From contig CM022672.1 in assembly GCA_012295275.1 (NCBI GenBank), forward strand, positions 13,640,001 through 13,704,000: a DNA stretch of 64,000 bases, written 5' to 3'. The stretch comes from Chrysomallon squamiferum (Eukaryota; Animalia; Mollusca). Within the stretch, counting starts at the first letter, position 1. Every line of letters begins with the position of its first letter. Shown one piece after another: positions 28,101 to 40,943 of the stretch. The translations under genes and the position numbers were made by a program. The notes under the pieces are model-generated. The model was given only the letters and a program-made list of their open reading frames with translations. It had not been told where the DNA came from and ran no database searches.

Positions 28101-30849
28101 TGTTTCTGATATCACGTGTTGTTTGTATGTGTTGTATACATATTTGTGTATGTGTCTATGTGTGAATGATCTACATAAATATATTATTAAAGCATAAACA
28201 ATACTTCATACAGTAATTAACTAAAAGCTTTGATTTGACACACATCCATCCATCCTTCCATCCACCTACAAATGAAAGACTAAATTCAAGCAAAAAGACT
28301 ACACCAAAACGAAGTAAAGGTTATATTTTATAAGTTTTGAATATTTAAGAAGACCGGAGGAAAAATATACTGTGCCACAGAAAATCAACACACACAAAAT
28401 GAGTCTGTTCTTAATTAAAGGATTTTATTTTATTTTGCTGCCAATTTTAAACATACTGCAACAGTAAGATTTTTATTTATCATAAAAATGATAACTTAAA
28501 TTTATTACTATCCATTAGAATCTGTAATCTATATTTCAATAAATATAAATTAATTTCTGAAAAGAAATAGACGTTAAATATTTTAGAGGTAAAGTTTTCA
28601 TTACATTTCATTTAAAACAATGCAAAAAAGAAGAAGAGTTGAGAAAGTTGTGTTGTCCACGCAAATAGCCACTACGTGCAGAGTGCTGACAGTTTATTAT
28701 TTTTTTTTTTGGCAAACACAAACAACATCAAACATACCAATGGCCAAGCAAACCGGAAAATAAACATACCGGTTGGCAAACATGTCATGTGACTGACCAC
28801 TGTCATCAGAACTTAATACACGTTTTCTTCTGCTGCCAGAAAAATCAAATAATCAAACTATTTTTGTTTTCACCTTTCCATGAATGCTCATAATTAATCA
28901 ACACATTGTTATGCTCCAGTAAACTAGGATTACCGTATCTATTATATTTCATTTTGTTTTCTTCTTTGATGTGGACACTGAAGTATATTAATGATGTTAT
29001 GATATTTAGATTCAACAAATTATAATATAAATATGCCAGTTTTGTGTCATTTGATGACTTTGAAATATATGCATGCATTAAAATGTTTTGGTTTCGATTA
29101 CACTTACATAATTTAGATTACTTCCATGTTGTTATTTCATTTATTTCTTCTGAAAAATCTTAGCTAATAATAAAGTTTGTCAATAAAAGAACAAGTTCAT
29201 GTTGATGAATGGTGGTGGATTCTTTTCTTTTTTTTTTAATAACATTTTTCACAGAAATTTAGAACAAAAATACATTTACCAAGTAAACTGTAACAAATGA
29301 ACCCAACTTTATTAAGACATTTCCTATGTTTCTCTTTATAACATTTAAACTTTCACAGGTTAAATAAAATGTTCTACACACTATAATAAAAACAATCATC
29401 TATTGTTAAAAATCAAATAATAAAAATATTTTTTTTTTTAAATCATACAAGAAATATATTGTATTTCCATTATTTAATTGCAACATAAATAACAAAAGTA
29501 ACTCACTTTCCCTGCAGAAGTCGTCCGCTAGATTTCCGAGGAGGTGGATACTTCTCTTGAGCCAAAATTCGATTGACGTGGTGGGTGGCAATCGCTGTAC
29601 GTTCTTTCAGTCCTTGAGAAGGTGAATTCACTTTTATCTAGAAAAACAATTTTAATACAAAATTTTCATTAGGAGTTTAACAATTAAACATTAAAAAAAA
29701 AGAAAAAAAAAAAAAAGAAACAACAATTAATATAAACAGTAATAAAATTAATCAAAAGAATACAGACTATTACAGACAAAATTTATTATTTGATTACATT
29801 AGAAAAAATAAAGAAGAGAAAATCTAATAAAATAAATGGAATAAATGAAAAAAAAAAAAAAAAATGTACCTGCTGATCAGACATTCGTCTGACATTGTGT
29901 TTAAATGGCATCTTGACATGGTGATTAATTTTTCCCGATCTTGGTGCCTCTGATCTGTAACCTGACTTGGGTCCTGGGGAATGTGCTTTAACTGATCCAT
30001 GAGATGGCGTACGTCTGTAACAGAAACAAATAATCAAAGATTTCAAAACATCCTTAAGTAAGAGAAATTAATAGAAAATAGTTTAAAATCCTGCAATTAC
30101 GACACGAAATAAAATTTCTTAGTTAAAAAAAAAAAAAAAACCTCACAACACTAATAATCATGATAATAAAGTAATAATAGGAAGAATAGTATTCCTGCTA
30201 CCTATAAAATTTACATTAATTGTGACATAAAATGGCACACTCTGTAAAACATTCATAATCAGAACATAAATTATTTTATTGTAAAGTTACATAATCAATA
30301 CTCAACAGTCACAAACTGACATAAAAAAAAAGTTGTATAATTATGCAATTAAGAAACAGCTATTCATTGATGAGGATGGAAATTTATTTAGGTTTAAATG
30401 GCAGATTTGTGAAAATAATGATCTATGTAATCAAACCAAAAAGTCTTTATGTTTTAAAAAATATATTTCTAATATAAGTAGACATAAGTGCATTACTTTA
30501 TGTTTACCTTAATTTGCTGTTCTGTGATGTTGCACTGGATGATTTTAGGTTTTTATCACTAGAGTTAATTTCTGCCATAAGTTTGCTGTTAAGTTTACTT
30601 TCAAAATCCATGTTCTGGTTTTCATATACATGAACAGGGGTGTTCTGACCTGATGGTTCTAAAATAAATATCCAACCAAATAGAAATAGAAATTATTTCC
30701 ATATCTGTATAATACAATTTTTTTATTACTTCTGATTCAATAGTACATTAATAATAATAATAATAAATGTAACTATTACAGATATATTCTAAAAACTTCA
30801 GTACCGTACCAGTTTTTGTTAACTTCATTTATTTTAAATCTGAACTATA

Positions 30850-30927
<78 letters not shown>

Positions 30928-31626
30928 AAAAAAAAAAAAAAATAAAAAATAAAAAATAATAATAATAATAATAAATTATGAAGAAAAATATTTATATACT
31001 TATGAAATAATAATTCTTTGAAGTGGTATCAATAGCTAGAAATGGATCTTTCTGAAAAAAAAAAAGAAGTAAATAAATGATAATAATAATAATAATAATA
31101 ATAAATAATAATAATAATAATAATAAAATGAAAATGAATGGTCATGAGAAATATAGGTATTACAAAGTTACGAAAACTAATTCGGTTGTTAATCAAGCAT
31201 GAATTATTTATAACAACTATTTTGATGATTATAGCATTTATCATTATGTATTGCATAACCTTACACAAAATTTATTTTGCAAAATTTACTTATGTAAATT
31301 AAAATAAAACCAGAAAGAAATTTAATATATTTAGCAAATATACTGTCTTTACAAAATGATCGAATTTATATTTGAAATCTTAATTTTACCTCGTAGAATT
31401 TCTTTGGACTTGCTCTCATTCGTGACTTAGACGACGATGAGCTGGCCCCAGATGAAGCTCTCAAGTAGTTTGGACCTATTCGTGAGCCTTGGAAACCTCT
31501 CTGTTTTAAATCTGCAAGCGTGGTTGCGATATCGATGTGAAGAGTTTGATCAGGATCATATTCATAGAGTCCCTCATCTTCCAAAAAAGCAGTTTGGTGC
31601 TTACCTCTGTTAGCCTGCCTTGACAT
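20097..31626 (-). CDS. Uncharacterised protein of about 1404 aa: long disordered region plus C-terminal gamma-glutamyl cyclotransferase (GGCT/AIG2-like) domain, 17 exons
   Basis: Exons (minus) 31626-31390, 31051-31000, 30658-30508, 30014-29870, 29637-29507, 28832-28770, 27172-27105, 26832-26649, 26018-25945, 25579-23139, 22848-22820, 22338-22282, 22006-21884, 21752-21670, 21118-20991, 20600-20477, 20221-20097. All GT-AG, phases join, total 4215 nt ending in TAG. The C-terminus YLYYFSYGTDMN...GFNLVFNKKG...GGFPNIEFNPFCSVEGCIYQLTAKDVEILDKCIGYPEHY...ALTYIA matches GGCT-fold motifs (YFAYGSN; VxGxxYxL; LDxxEGxP). The small N-terminal exons are less certain than the C-terminal ones. Confidence 0.82.
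30861..30926. repeat. (TA)n microsatellite
   Basis: Near-perfect TA run. Confidence 0.9.
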
Positions 31627-31754
31627 GAATGCATATACTTGAGAAACCACTTAAGAATGTAAATGCTTCCAAATAACCAAAAACTTACACAGCAGAATCA
31701 TTATATTAAAACATTTCAAAACCTATTGATAAAATCTAATCATATTTTTTGTTT

Positions 31755-31833
31755 TGACGCCATATTGTTTATCCTCAGTGCCCTAAGAAACACACGAGTG
31801 CGCATACCAAAGTAGTACGAGTTGCATGGTAAT
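31755..31833 (-). promoter_or_regulatory. Putative promoter of the GGCT-like gene with X-box-like (RFX) motifs
   Basis: GTTGCATGGTAAT at 31821-31833 and GTGCCCTAAGAAAC at 31778-31791 resemble the RFX X-box palindrome. A YY1-like ATGGCGTC lies on the minus strand at about 31756-31763. All are 130-210 bp upstream of the ATG. Confidence 0.35.
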
Positions 31834-34800
31834 TTGAATCAGTAAATCTAAAAAGGAATTTCTTTTAGAAAGTTTAACTGAACTCGCATTTTGTAATAAA
31901 CTACATCTGCTTGATCATTTTTAGTTACATAACAAAATATAAAAACAAACACAAAACGACAACCCAATAACGATCAAGTTAGTCTTGTTAAACTGGATTT
32001 AAACGAGACTACAAATGACAACTGAGGTCATTGACTGAGATATTCCTACGCTTTTATATAAATTTGGTAAACGTCACTGACAATATTAACGAAAATAAAA
32101 TTGACAATATTAGATATTGACATAAAAAAAAAAGATGTGTGAAATGCACATGCTATAATCAACAAACACACACGGAGAAAAAAAGCGCCAGTTTGATTTC
32201 GCATTCAACTTTTTATACAATCTTTGAAATTGTTTACATACCTGAAAACGACATTAAACCATTCAAACTTTTAACTAAAGTTTCAAATTGGAAGTCTATT
32301 CGAGAAATTAAAAGCAAATATTTTTCAAAATACATCAACACAGACGCCATTTGATTTCCATTTTTAATGTGAAAATTGTATATCATCTATGTGCAATGTA
32401 TTTCTATGTTTTAAATAGCATTGTTCATTTTAGTGATGACGTTGTAATGAGGGTATAAGAGAAAGACAACAGGTCGGCACGCAGAAATATATAAGGAGCG
32501 GGTGCGTAATAGATGCCCGGATTTACTAGGGGAGTACGGGGACATGCCCCAACCCCCGAAATTTGTTTAATTCTAGAATGCAGATGCGTACACGTCCTTC
32601 GCATCCCCGAACCGCGGGCGGTCATGGAATCAGCTGAGTCTTAAATCCCCACAAAAGTTCATTTTATATATATAGTTTTAAACAATTTTTCACTTTTGAA
32701 TCAAAATACAGAATTTTTGCTACTCATTATTACTTTGATGTGTGCAATTGCCTCCCTTCGCCCTTTCTCATATTAACCACGATGACAAGAAAAGATAATA
32801 ATTAAATGATTCTTTTTTTTTTTAATGAAAATTATTGTCCAAACATATAAGTATAAAACCATTGATTAAGTTACAATCAAGTAGAGTACCTGAAATGTAA
32901 ATATAACTGATATATGTCCTGTACCTTTGGTGAACAGTTCCCATAAGAAATCATTTTTCAAGTGTGAGTTCGCGTATTGGCCACTTTTAGATAGGGGAGT
33001 TGCTGCATTTAAGGCATAGCTTAATCATTTTTATTTATTTTATAATCATATAAATGTGTTTAATTAGTAATTCATTATTGTTGTTGTTGTTGTTGTTGTT
33101 GTTATTATCGTGAGGAATTACTGTAATTTAATATTAATTTTTGTTCCCTACTATTAAAAAATAGGGGAAAAAAAGTACAATTTTGAGTGATATAGAACGA
33201 CTCATTAATATTTATTTAAAGAAAAGTTTCGATTTCAGCAGTTGTTAGAAATAACACAACGTAACAAAGATAAATACATTTTAAAAATTTTAAAAATTAA
33301 AAATAGTTTCAGTTTTTATTTCAATCTGGCGATATTTTTTTATTTAATAAAAAAAAAAAAAAATAAATAAATAATAATAACAACGAATTTTTTGCATTTC
33401 ACTAACATAGTTATCAATTAAAGAAACGAGATTAATTATAATAATCAATCAATGGTAGATTATTTAATTCAATTTTAATTTTTATTTTGTATATTTTTAT
33501 TTTATATATTTTTATTTTTTAATATTTTTGTTTTCTTTTCTTTTTATTATTATTATTTTTATTTTATTTTATTTAGGACGCATAAAAATAACAATAATAA
33601 TATTTCTGTAGCGTTCATCCATTTCAATTAGTCCAGATAGGTAGAAAGGGGAGTTTTTCTTTTTCTTTTTGTATGCAGAAATGCGGTATGCAGCAAGAAG
33701 AAGACTTTTAGTCATAGTATTAATGGTCAGACGGCATGACAAGGATGCACAGATAACCTCAGAAATTTGTAAGCTGGAAAACGTAATAAGTAAACAATAA
33801 CATTGCTATAAATCTTTATTACTGCTGATTGAGCGATCACTATAAAATACCTGAAAACTCGGCGAGTTTATCTGAAGGTATTTAGGGGGGAAAAAAATTA
33901 ATAATTAAAATTAATAATTAAAATGTATTTAGTTGCTTGTTTATTATTTATTTATTTATGTATTTATTTATTAATTAATTTATTTATTTTATGAATTAAA
34001 TATAGTTTTATTAATTAAATATATCGGTATTCTTGTCATATTAAGATATAATGTAAATTTAATACCTTTAAATTTAATAAGCATAGTATTTCTTTCGGTT
34101 GACTTAAGTATTGATATAAGCAAATTGTATACCTCCTGTAGTATTGATACAGGTTAAAAATAACTGTGTTTCACTGATAAATGCTATTTTTGCATCGCCA
34201 TTTTCGATCACTTATAATATTTTTTCTTGCTTTTTATCCCTTTTTCTTTCTGTACTTTTTTTTCTTCCGTATTCTGAAATATCAAACACCATTCCTATTA
34301 ATATTGGATAACATTTCCATAATGCATTTGCATCAATCAATCGAGACCCAGCTATTGCGGTAAAACCAAAATGGGAACAAAGGGGCACCACTCTACTCGC
34401 TTCCTGTTTTGAGAACCTTCGTCTCGAACATAAAAACGTTGACAGACATCACTTATTGGAAATCAGTTTGATAAAACACCATGTCATCAATAAACAGTTA
34501 AGGCATATTTATTCAACAGCGCTTAACAAATAACGCAATGCATAAATCATTAGGAACCAGTTGGCAATTCATGTCGCATATCGACATACCAATTTATTTA
34601 GCATGGTCTATGGTCACCAAATTTTATAATCGGTTGATCGCAGATACAGAGAAGGAATTATTATTCACCACCAAAACCCACTTACATTTCTTAGCTAGCA
34701 ACGTGTTAGAGGTACAAAATTATAATATAAAAATAAATAAAAATTGCCAGTATCAAAGCTTTAATAATGATGATGATGATGATGATGATAAATATATAAA

Positions 34801-35594
34801 CGAACAAACAAATAAATAAAGAGTAAAAGCAAATACTTATGTCTATATATATATTTTTGTTTTCTCCATTCGGTTTTTATCACAAAAATGACTGTTTTGC
34901 TTACTTTGCCGTTTCTTAATTTTCCAAAAACGTTCAAAAAAAGAGAAGGTGTCAGGTCTGAATTGAATTAGAAATGCCTTAAAGCCATATTTCAAATAAC
35001 GTTTTGTTCATAAAGATGAAACACAAAAAATCACTTACAACAATAAATACCTGCCATTTCCTGGTATTTCCGAAGGAAAGATCTTTACGTAGTGCAAATA
35101 AAAAAAACACTTGTGCTGGATATAACCCTTTTAGATAAAGGCTTATCTACGATAGTAGATACCGGTTCCATTGTTTAATATTTACTCTTGATTACTCCCA
35201 CACTGATAGGCCAAAACTAGATATTCGTTTTAACAAAATTCCAAAGATATTGCACAGGAAATAGGTTTAAAAGTGTGTGCGAGGGTATGTGTATGTATGT
35301 ATGCATGCATGCAATGTGTGTATGGTTTTATATAATAAAGGATGCTCATTTTTGTTCTGAAATACAGATAATACGTGACGACTTTGGTGCTATCAGAAAA
35401 CCTTTATCATATTGCATGTCATGTAATAATATTGATTTACCATTACGTATTGCTTACTATTTATGTTAATGCATGGTTTGTTTTAGATATCAATCAATAA
35501 CCTGAAAGGTACTTTTCTCCAAATTAGTTATATTATTTTTAAACATTTTAGTTAAAACATATATAAACGTATTTTATGATATTAAACGTCTCAA

Positions 35595-35880
35595 CCCATG
35601 AATATCAATATATATTTGATATCAAGTACATAAGACCTATTTTTTATATCAAATATGTAAGATGCATTCAACGGACGTGAAGTACGTTTGAAGCATTATT
35701 TGATTGCGACTTTGATATCGAGTATGTATCATGTATACTTTGATATCAAGTACACGTCACACTCTTTGGTCTCAAATACGTAAGAGGCATTCCTTGATAT
35801 CAAATACCGATACATTATTTGATATTAAGTACGTAAGAACATACATTTTTTAATAATGCATTCTTTGATATAAAGTAGGT
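35595..35880. repeat. Degenerate tandem array with a unit of about 28-30 bp
   Basis: Repeated ttgatatcaagtac(g/a)taaga-like units. Confidence 0.65.
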
Positions 35881-37099
35881 GTTCTCTTTTTGTTACTTAA
35901 AATAGGTAAATTGAGAAGAATACATTAACAACAAACAACGAATTAAGTAACAAATCATTTTCCGCACCTTTGACGATACTTCGACAAAACTGAAAATATA
36001 CCAAGTAACCTGTGATATATTTAATCATACTGTGGAGTAGCACGAAATTCACTTAACCGATTTCATTATTAGTTTCCTTCAAGTTAGAAAAACAACCCGA
36101 CGCAATCTTTAGCACCATTCTGATATTGGACTAATATCACTACTCCTGCTGGTGATGGTCAAACTTCGGAGCTCAAAAGACGCATTCTGATTGCGTCTTT
36201 CACCATTTTAAAGAAGAAGGCACGCAACAGGAGTTCGTCTCCTTCACGGTTAATGTTTGTCTCTGCATCAAGTCGAAGACAACGAAAACAAAATCCGGAT
36301 ACTGTTCCTTACTCTCGAAGGGATACATAACAGCATGCGTTTCCCGCATCAGCCCCAGATATTCTATTTGTAAATGTTGAAAATTGTTTTACTGAAACTC
36401 TCATCGACAAAGTAAAATCCTTTCAAGAAAAAAGTCACCTACGTATTTCCACTTAATGTATAAATCGGAATTAACACGTATGCGGAAATACATTGCTAAG
36501 CAATTATTTCAAGATCAGTTAATTAATAACGTATTATTTGAGAAGCTTTGCAACGATTATTGAATTTAAAATTAATGTTAAATACGAATGCCATTTTAAT
36601 ATGCACAGAATGCACATAGACACAGATACAGACAGAGACAGACATATTTATACGACCTCAAAAACAAAATAAAAGTTTTTAATAAGAAACATTTCTGAGA
36701 AGCAGGAATTGTCAGAAATAAAAGCGAAGAAGAAGAAAAAGAAAAAAGGAGAAAACGGGTCTTTCTGATACACATCTGACATTTGATTTCAGGTTTTACT
36801 AAATAATTAGTGATCAAGGTTGATTTGTGCCGCGACAGCCCAAATAAAAACCGTGTTTCATACTCGGCGTTGTTCCCAGTCGTTACAACTTCCTTTCCGC
36901 TACATTTCATGGCGGTCACAAAACTCGGATCATTGCTGGCTTGAAATAATTGTTATTTACGACCATCAGAGGAATCGACCGTGTCTTCTAGGGTTTGAAA
37001 TAAATGAAGAGTCATTGTATTTTCGCTGTGACAAGTCAAAATATTTGGCTGAAGAAAAGTTTCCCAAAGTATTCTGATCATACTTGACTTTGTACAGAT

Positions 37100-37104
<5 letters not shown>

Positions 37105-37174
<70 letters not shown>
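37105..37174. repeat. (AG)n microsatellite
   Basis: Perfect AG run. Confidence 0.95.
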
Positions 37175-37180
<6 letters not shown>

Positions 37181-38779
37181 GCAATATTTACTGAGTTTTA
37201 ATTTGTAATAACAAATTAATAAGATTTTATGTTACGGTCAAGGTAAATTATAAATATGTTTTAAATAAAGGTTTTTTAATTATTATTAGAAAAACTGGCA
37301 AGTTCCAGGGAGTGTGAAATATTCTCAGAATATTAAATTTGAAAGTTATCCTTTCAGTTTGTCAGAATTCGAATTTTCTGGGAAATAGGTTCGATCTTAT
37401 TTTCTAGACAACTGTTACTATACCTGATTATTTATTTAGACCGTCGTTACCAGCAGCAGTATGCATTTATTAACCCTCATATAAAATATCACCCTTGCGG
37501 TTAGGAATATATCATATTGCAAATGGTTAATGTCAGAACCACAATTAAAAGTTGCCTAGGAGAAACTGTCTTGATGTGTGATTGTTCGATCATTCTAAAT
37601 AATATTTCTAATTATTTTGTTTAACACGATCTTGTTATGTCTACATTTGGTTTTGTACAAAAGTACAGTCCTTAAAGCACCACCACACCCAAAAAGGCCA
37701 CGCCATTATCTCGAACAGGTCCGAGAGGCTTTTGTGCACACATGTTGTTTTAAACCAAGAAGGTATTCAATGTAGTTATGACCATATGTGAATTATCATT
37801 ATTAAATGTAATAAATTTGTAAAAAAAAACAAAAAAAAACATTTGTTCTGAAAGTGAAGACACTGTATGTATCTTATTTTGCTTCTGAAATCTTCAAATT
37901 TGTATGCACTGTTTGTAATAATATCAAAATTCATCACAAAATTATATGAAAGTGATTAAAATAATAATAAAAAATTAAAAATACTAAAGAGTTAAAAAAA
38001 ACAACAAAAACAACAACAAACAAACAAAACAACAACCTCAGAACACATTAGAAAATAAACATTAATTATTTATTTACTTATTATTATTATTATTATTATT
38101 ATTATTTTTTTTCATTTCAAACACCAAACCTTATCGAATAAAGTTTATGAATAATATAACATGTATAATTTAAGGAATATATAAAAGAAAGAAGAACTGT
38201 TTATTTAATCCCGACACATTTTCATTTCTTTAATCTTGATATATGACATCATACGTAATGCTACATATCTTTTCTTGAGTTAAAAGCAACTGATCATTTA
38301 AATGTACTTTAATAAAGGCTACTGCCTAGGATGGAAAAAAAAACACGAAAAATGACACATCGAGTAAGATTGATCTAAAACTGCAGCCAAGGTTCTAACC
38401 ACAGAAATACAGCCTGACATGATGATGATGATGCATGCTTTTTCTTTTAAAATTTGATACTGATAATCAGAACCTATATTCTTTTTCTTCCACTTCTTAC
38501 TGTTGTTGCATATTATTATTATAGAACAATTAGAGATAATGAAATTATTTGATTATGAATAATATTTAAACGGTTTTAATATATATATATATAAAATTCA
38601 GATTTCAATAACGGAATGGCGTCATACCTAATATATTTTTATTCAACAATATTTTTTTTTTTTTTTTAAATAGGCTGAGGAATAATTCAACAAACTTTCT
38701 TTCACCTTATCTAGCTTTTCGATTACAGATCGATCTTAATAATAATAAAATGAATCTCTAGACTGCACATAAAGCAGGA

Positions 38780-38976
38780 GTCGCCAATACTGAAAACTCG
38801 CTGGCTACAACGTCTGGAATGATGCGGCAGCAAATAGACGGGGGTGGGAAGCTCGGAGCCAATAGCGCTTATCAAAAACTGTCTATAAATGACCTGTTCC
38901 CGTTAACATCGCTTCGTGACAGATCTGTTGTGTGGAGTTGATGTTTTTTTTTTTCACTCAAAGAGATACGGTAAGC
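38780..38976 (+). promoter_or_regulatory. Promoter and first exon of the neuropeptide gene
   Basis: Two CCAAT boxes (about 38784 and 38859), TATAAAT at 38884-38890, then donor ACG|GTAAGC at 38970/38971 that can splice to acceptor TTCCAG|G at 40928/40929. Confidence 0.6.
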
Positions 38977-39353
38977 GACTTTTTATTAATTTGTTTGTTT
39001 ATTTTTTTATTATTAGTTTTATTAATTTATATCTTCGTTGATTTATTGTTAATATTTATCATAGGCGTATATATTTTTGTTTGTTTGTCTATAAAAAAAA
39101 ATTTTTTTATTTTATTTGTTTGTTATACCAATATTATTACAAAATTATAATTAAAGAAAATGAAAATATTGATATTTAAAATTGTTGATTTTAAATTATG
39201 TTTTAAAAATGTATTTCATGAATATATGTAAACGCAAGTAAATAAATAAATAAAAATAAATAATAAAGAAGAAAAATCAATATCTAAGAGACTAAAAAGA
39301 TTATCATCATCATCACCATTATCATTATCATTAACATTATTTTTATTATTATT

Positions 39354-39470
39354 GTTGTAACAGAAGTAACGGAAATAAAACAATTTTTAATAATTATTAG
39401 TAATTATAATCTTTGTAACAGAAGTAACGGAAATAAAACACTTTTTAATAATTATTAGTAATTATAATCT
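39354..39470. repeat. Tandem duplication of about 58 bp in the neuropeptide gene intron
   Basis: ttgtaacagaagtaacggaaataaaaca.tttttaataattattagtaattataatct occurs twice in tandem. Confidence 0.88.
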
Positions 39471-40138
39471 CTCTTTCTCTTTTTATCTCTGTTTATATCT
39501 CAATATTTCTAATCTGTTTCTGTCTTTCGTTATGCATCTGTATTTAACTACAGTAAAATAATAAAATTATCGTAATATTACATGCATAAAACTGAGTTTC
39601 CCCTTTAAAGAATAACAACAAGCTACGAAAAACATTAAAAAAAAAAAAAAAAAAAAAAAAAATCTCCGTCTTTCATTGAACATTCAATCAATCAGACAGT
39701 CATTTAACAGTCTGAAACATTTTTATTTTCACTCAAGCACGTCTGAGCTGAATACACGATCCACGAGCCAGGGTTTACCAACTTAAAACAGTATTGGTAT
39801 TAGTGTTAGAATGTTAGAAGAGTGAAATGAGGAGAAACTGTAATATTTGTATACCTCCTCAGTTAGATCTGAGATGTGACCTTTGGAACAATGGATCGCT
39901 AATTTCTTTACTGAGTCACCAAGCCCGGTGAAAGATGAATATTAACAAGTTTTAATAAGTTGCCAATAATCTTTTGTTGCGGTTATTGTTAATATCTCAC
40001 GTCAATGTGAAAATCTTTGCTTTACAGCACAGTGTATGGATTCAAACAATAAATTCCTGACACCCACGGTTATTAGGAAACTAATTTTTTTCTCCATAAG
40101 TTTTAAGTAAACTGACAACTAATTAAATAATAATAATA

Positions 40139-40176
<38 letters not shown>

Positions 40177-40524
40177 AATGCTGTTGTTGTTATCATAATC
40201 ATTATCGTTATCATATTTTAAGTAAATTCTGGTGACAATAGTAGTAGTAGTAGTGGCAGTAGCAATAGCAGTAATAGTAGTAGTGGTAGTTGTATCAACA
40301 GCAGCAGCAGCACGTTGGAATGATAATCAGATATTAACAAAAAATAGTTAAAGGCAAAGCAAAGGAATTAAAACCAAAGGCATTTTGTTTCATCTTTTCA
40401 CCTTTAAATATTCAATCCTTTATTATTATTATTTTTTTTACAAATATATAACTGGATAAACACACATACTTTATGTTAATTATACATATCAAAGTGTGTG
40501 TCTAGGAGCAAAATTAATAAACAA

Positions 40525-40550
40525 ACACACACACACACGCACACGCACAC

Positions 40551-40603
<53 letters not shown>
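40525..40603. repeat. (CA)n microsatellite
   Basis: Interrupted CA run in the neuropeptide gene intron. Confidence 0.9.
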
Positions 40604-40607
<4 letters not shown>

Positions 40608-40943
40608 TGTCTACCTGAATAATAATGTTAGTCACCTAGACTGATACCCATTTGATTCTTACTGTTAAATTTATTTGCCTAAACTTCTATGGCCTGGTAT
40701 TTCAAGATATTGTCCTTTTAGATACAAATGTCTAAATTTTTCAGCTTCGAATAGTTATTTTGTTTTTCTACTATAAGCGTTATAGATAACATAATACGAT
40801 TCCAATAATTAACTATTATTAGTAAATGTAATTTGTATGTTTTATTTATTATCAGTTTCTGTTCAGTTAAATAAATATATTTTTTGCCGATAATTTTCTC
40901 ACTTTTATTAGACTATTTTAATTTCCAGGTTATCTATAAAGAT

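Noticed and set aside
32514-32770. GC-rich patch resembling MITE ends; similar fragments at about 7020-7035, 11982-12027 and 45470-45510
   Set aside because: Probably decayed repeat remnants, but no matching TIR pair or target duplication could be defined.
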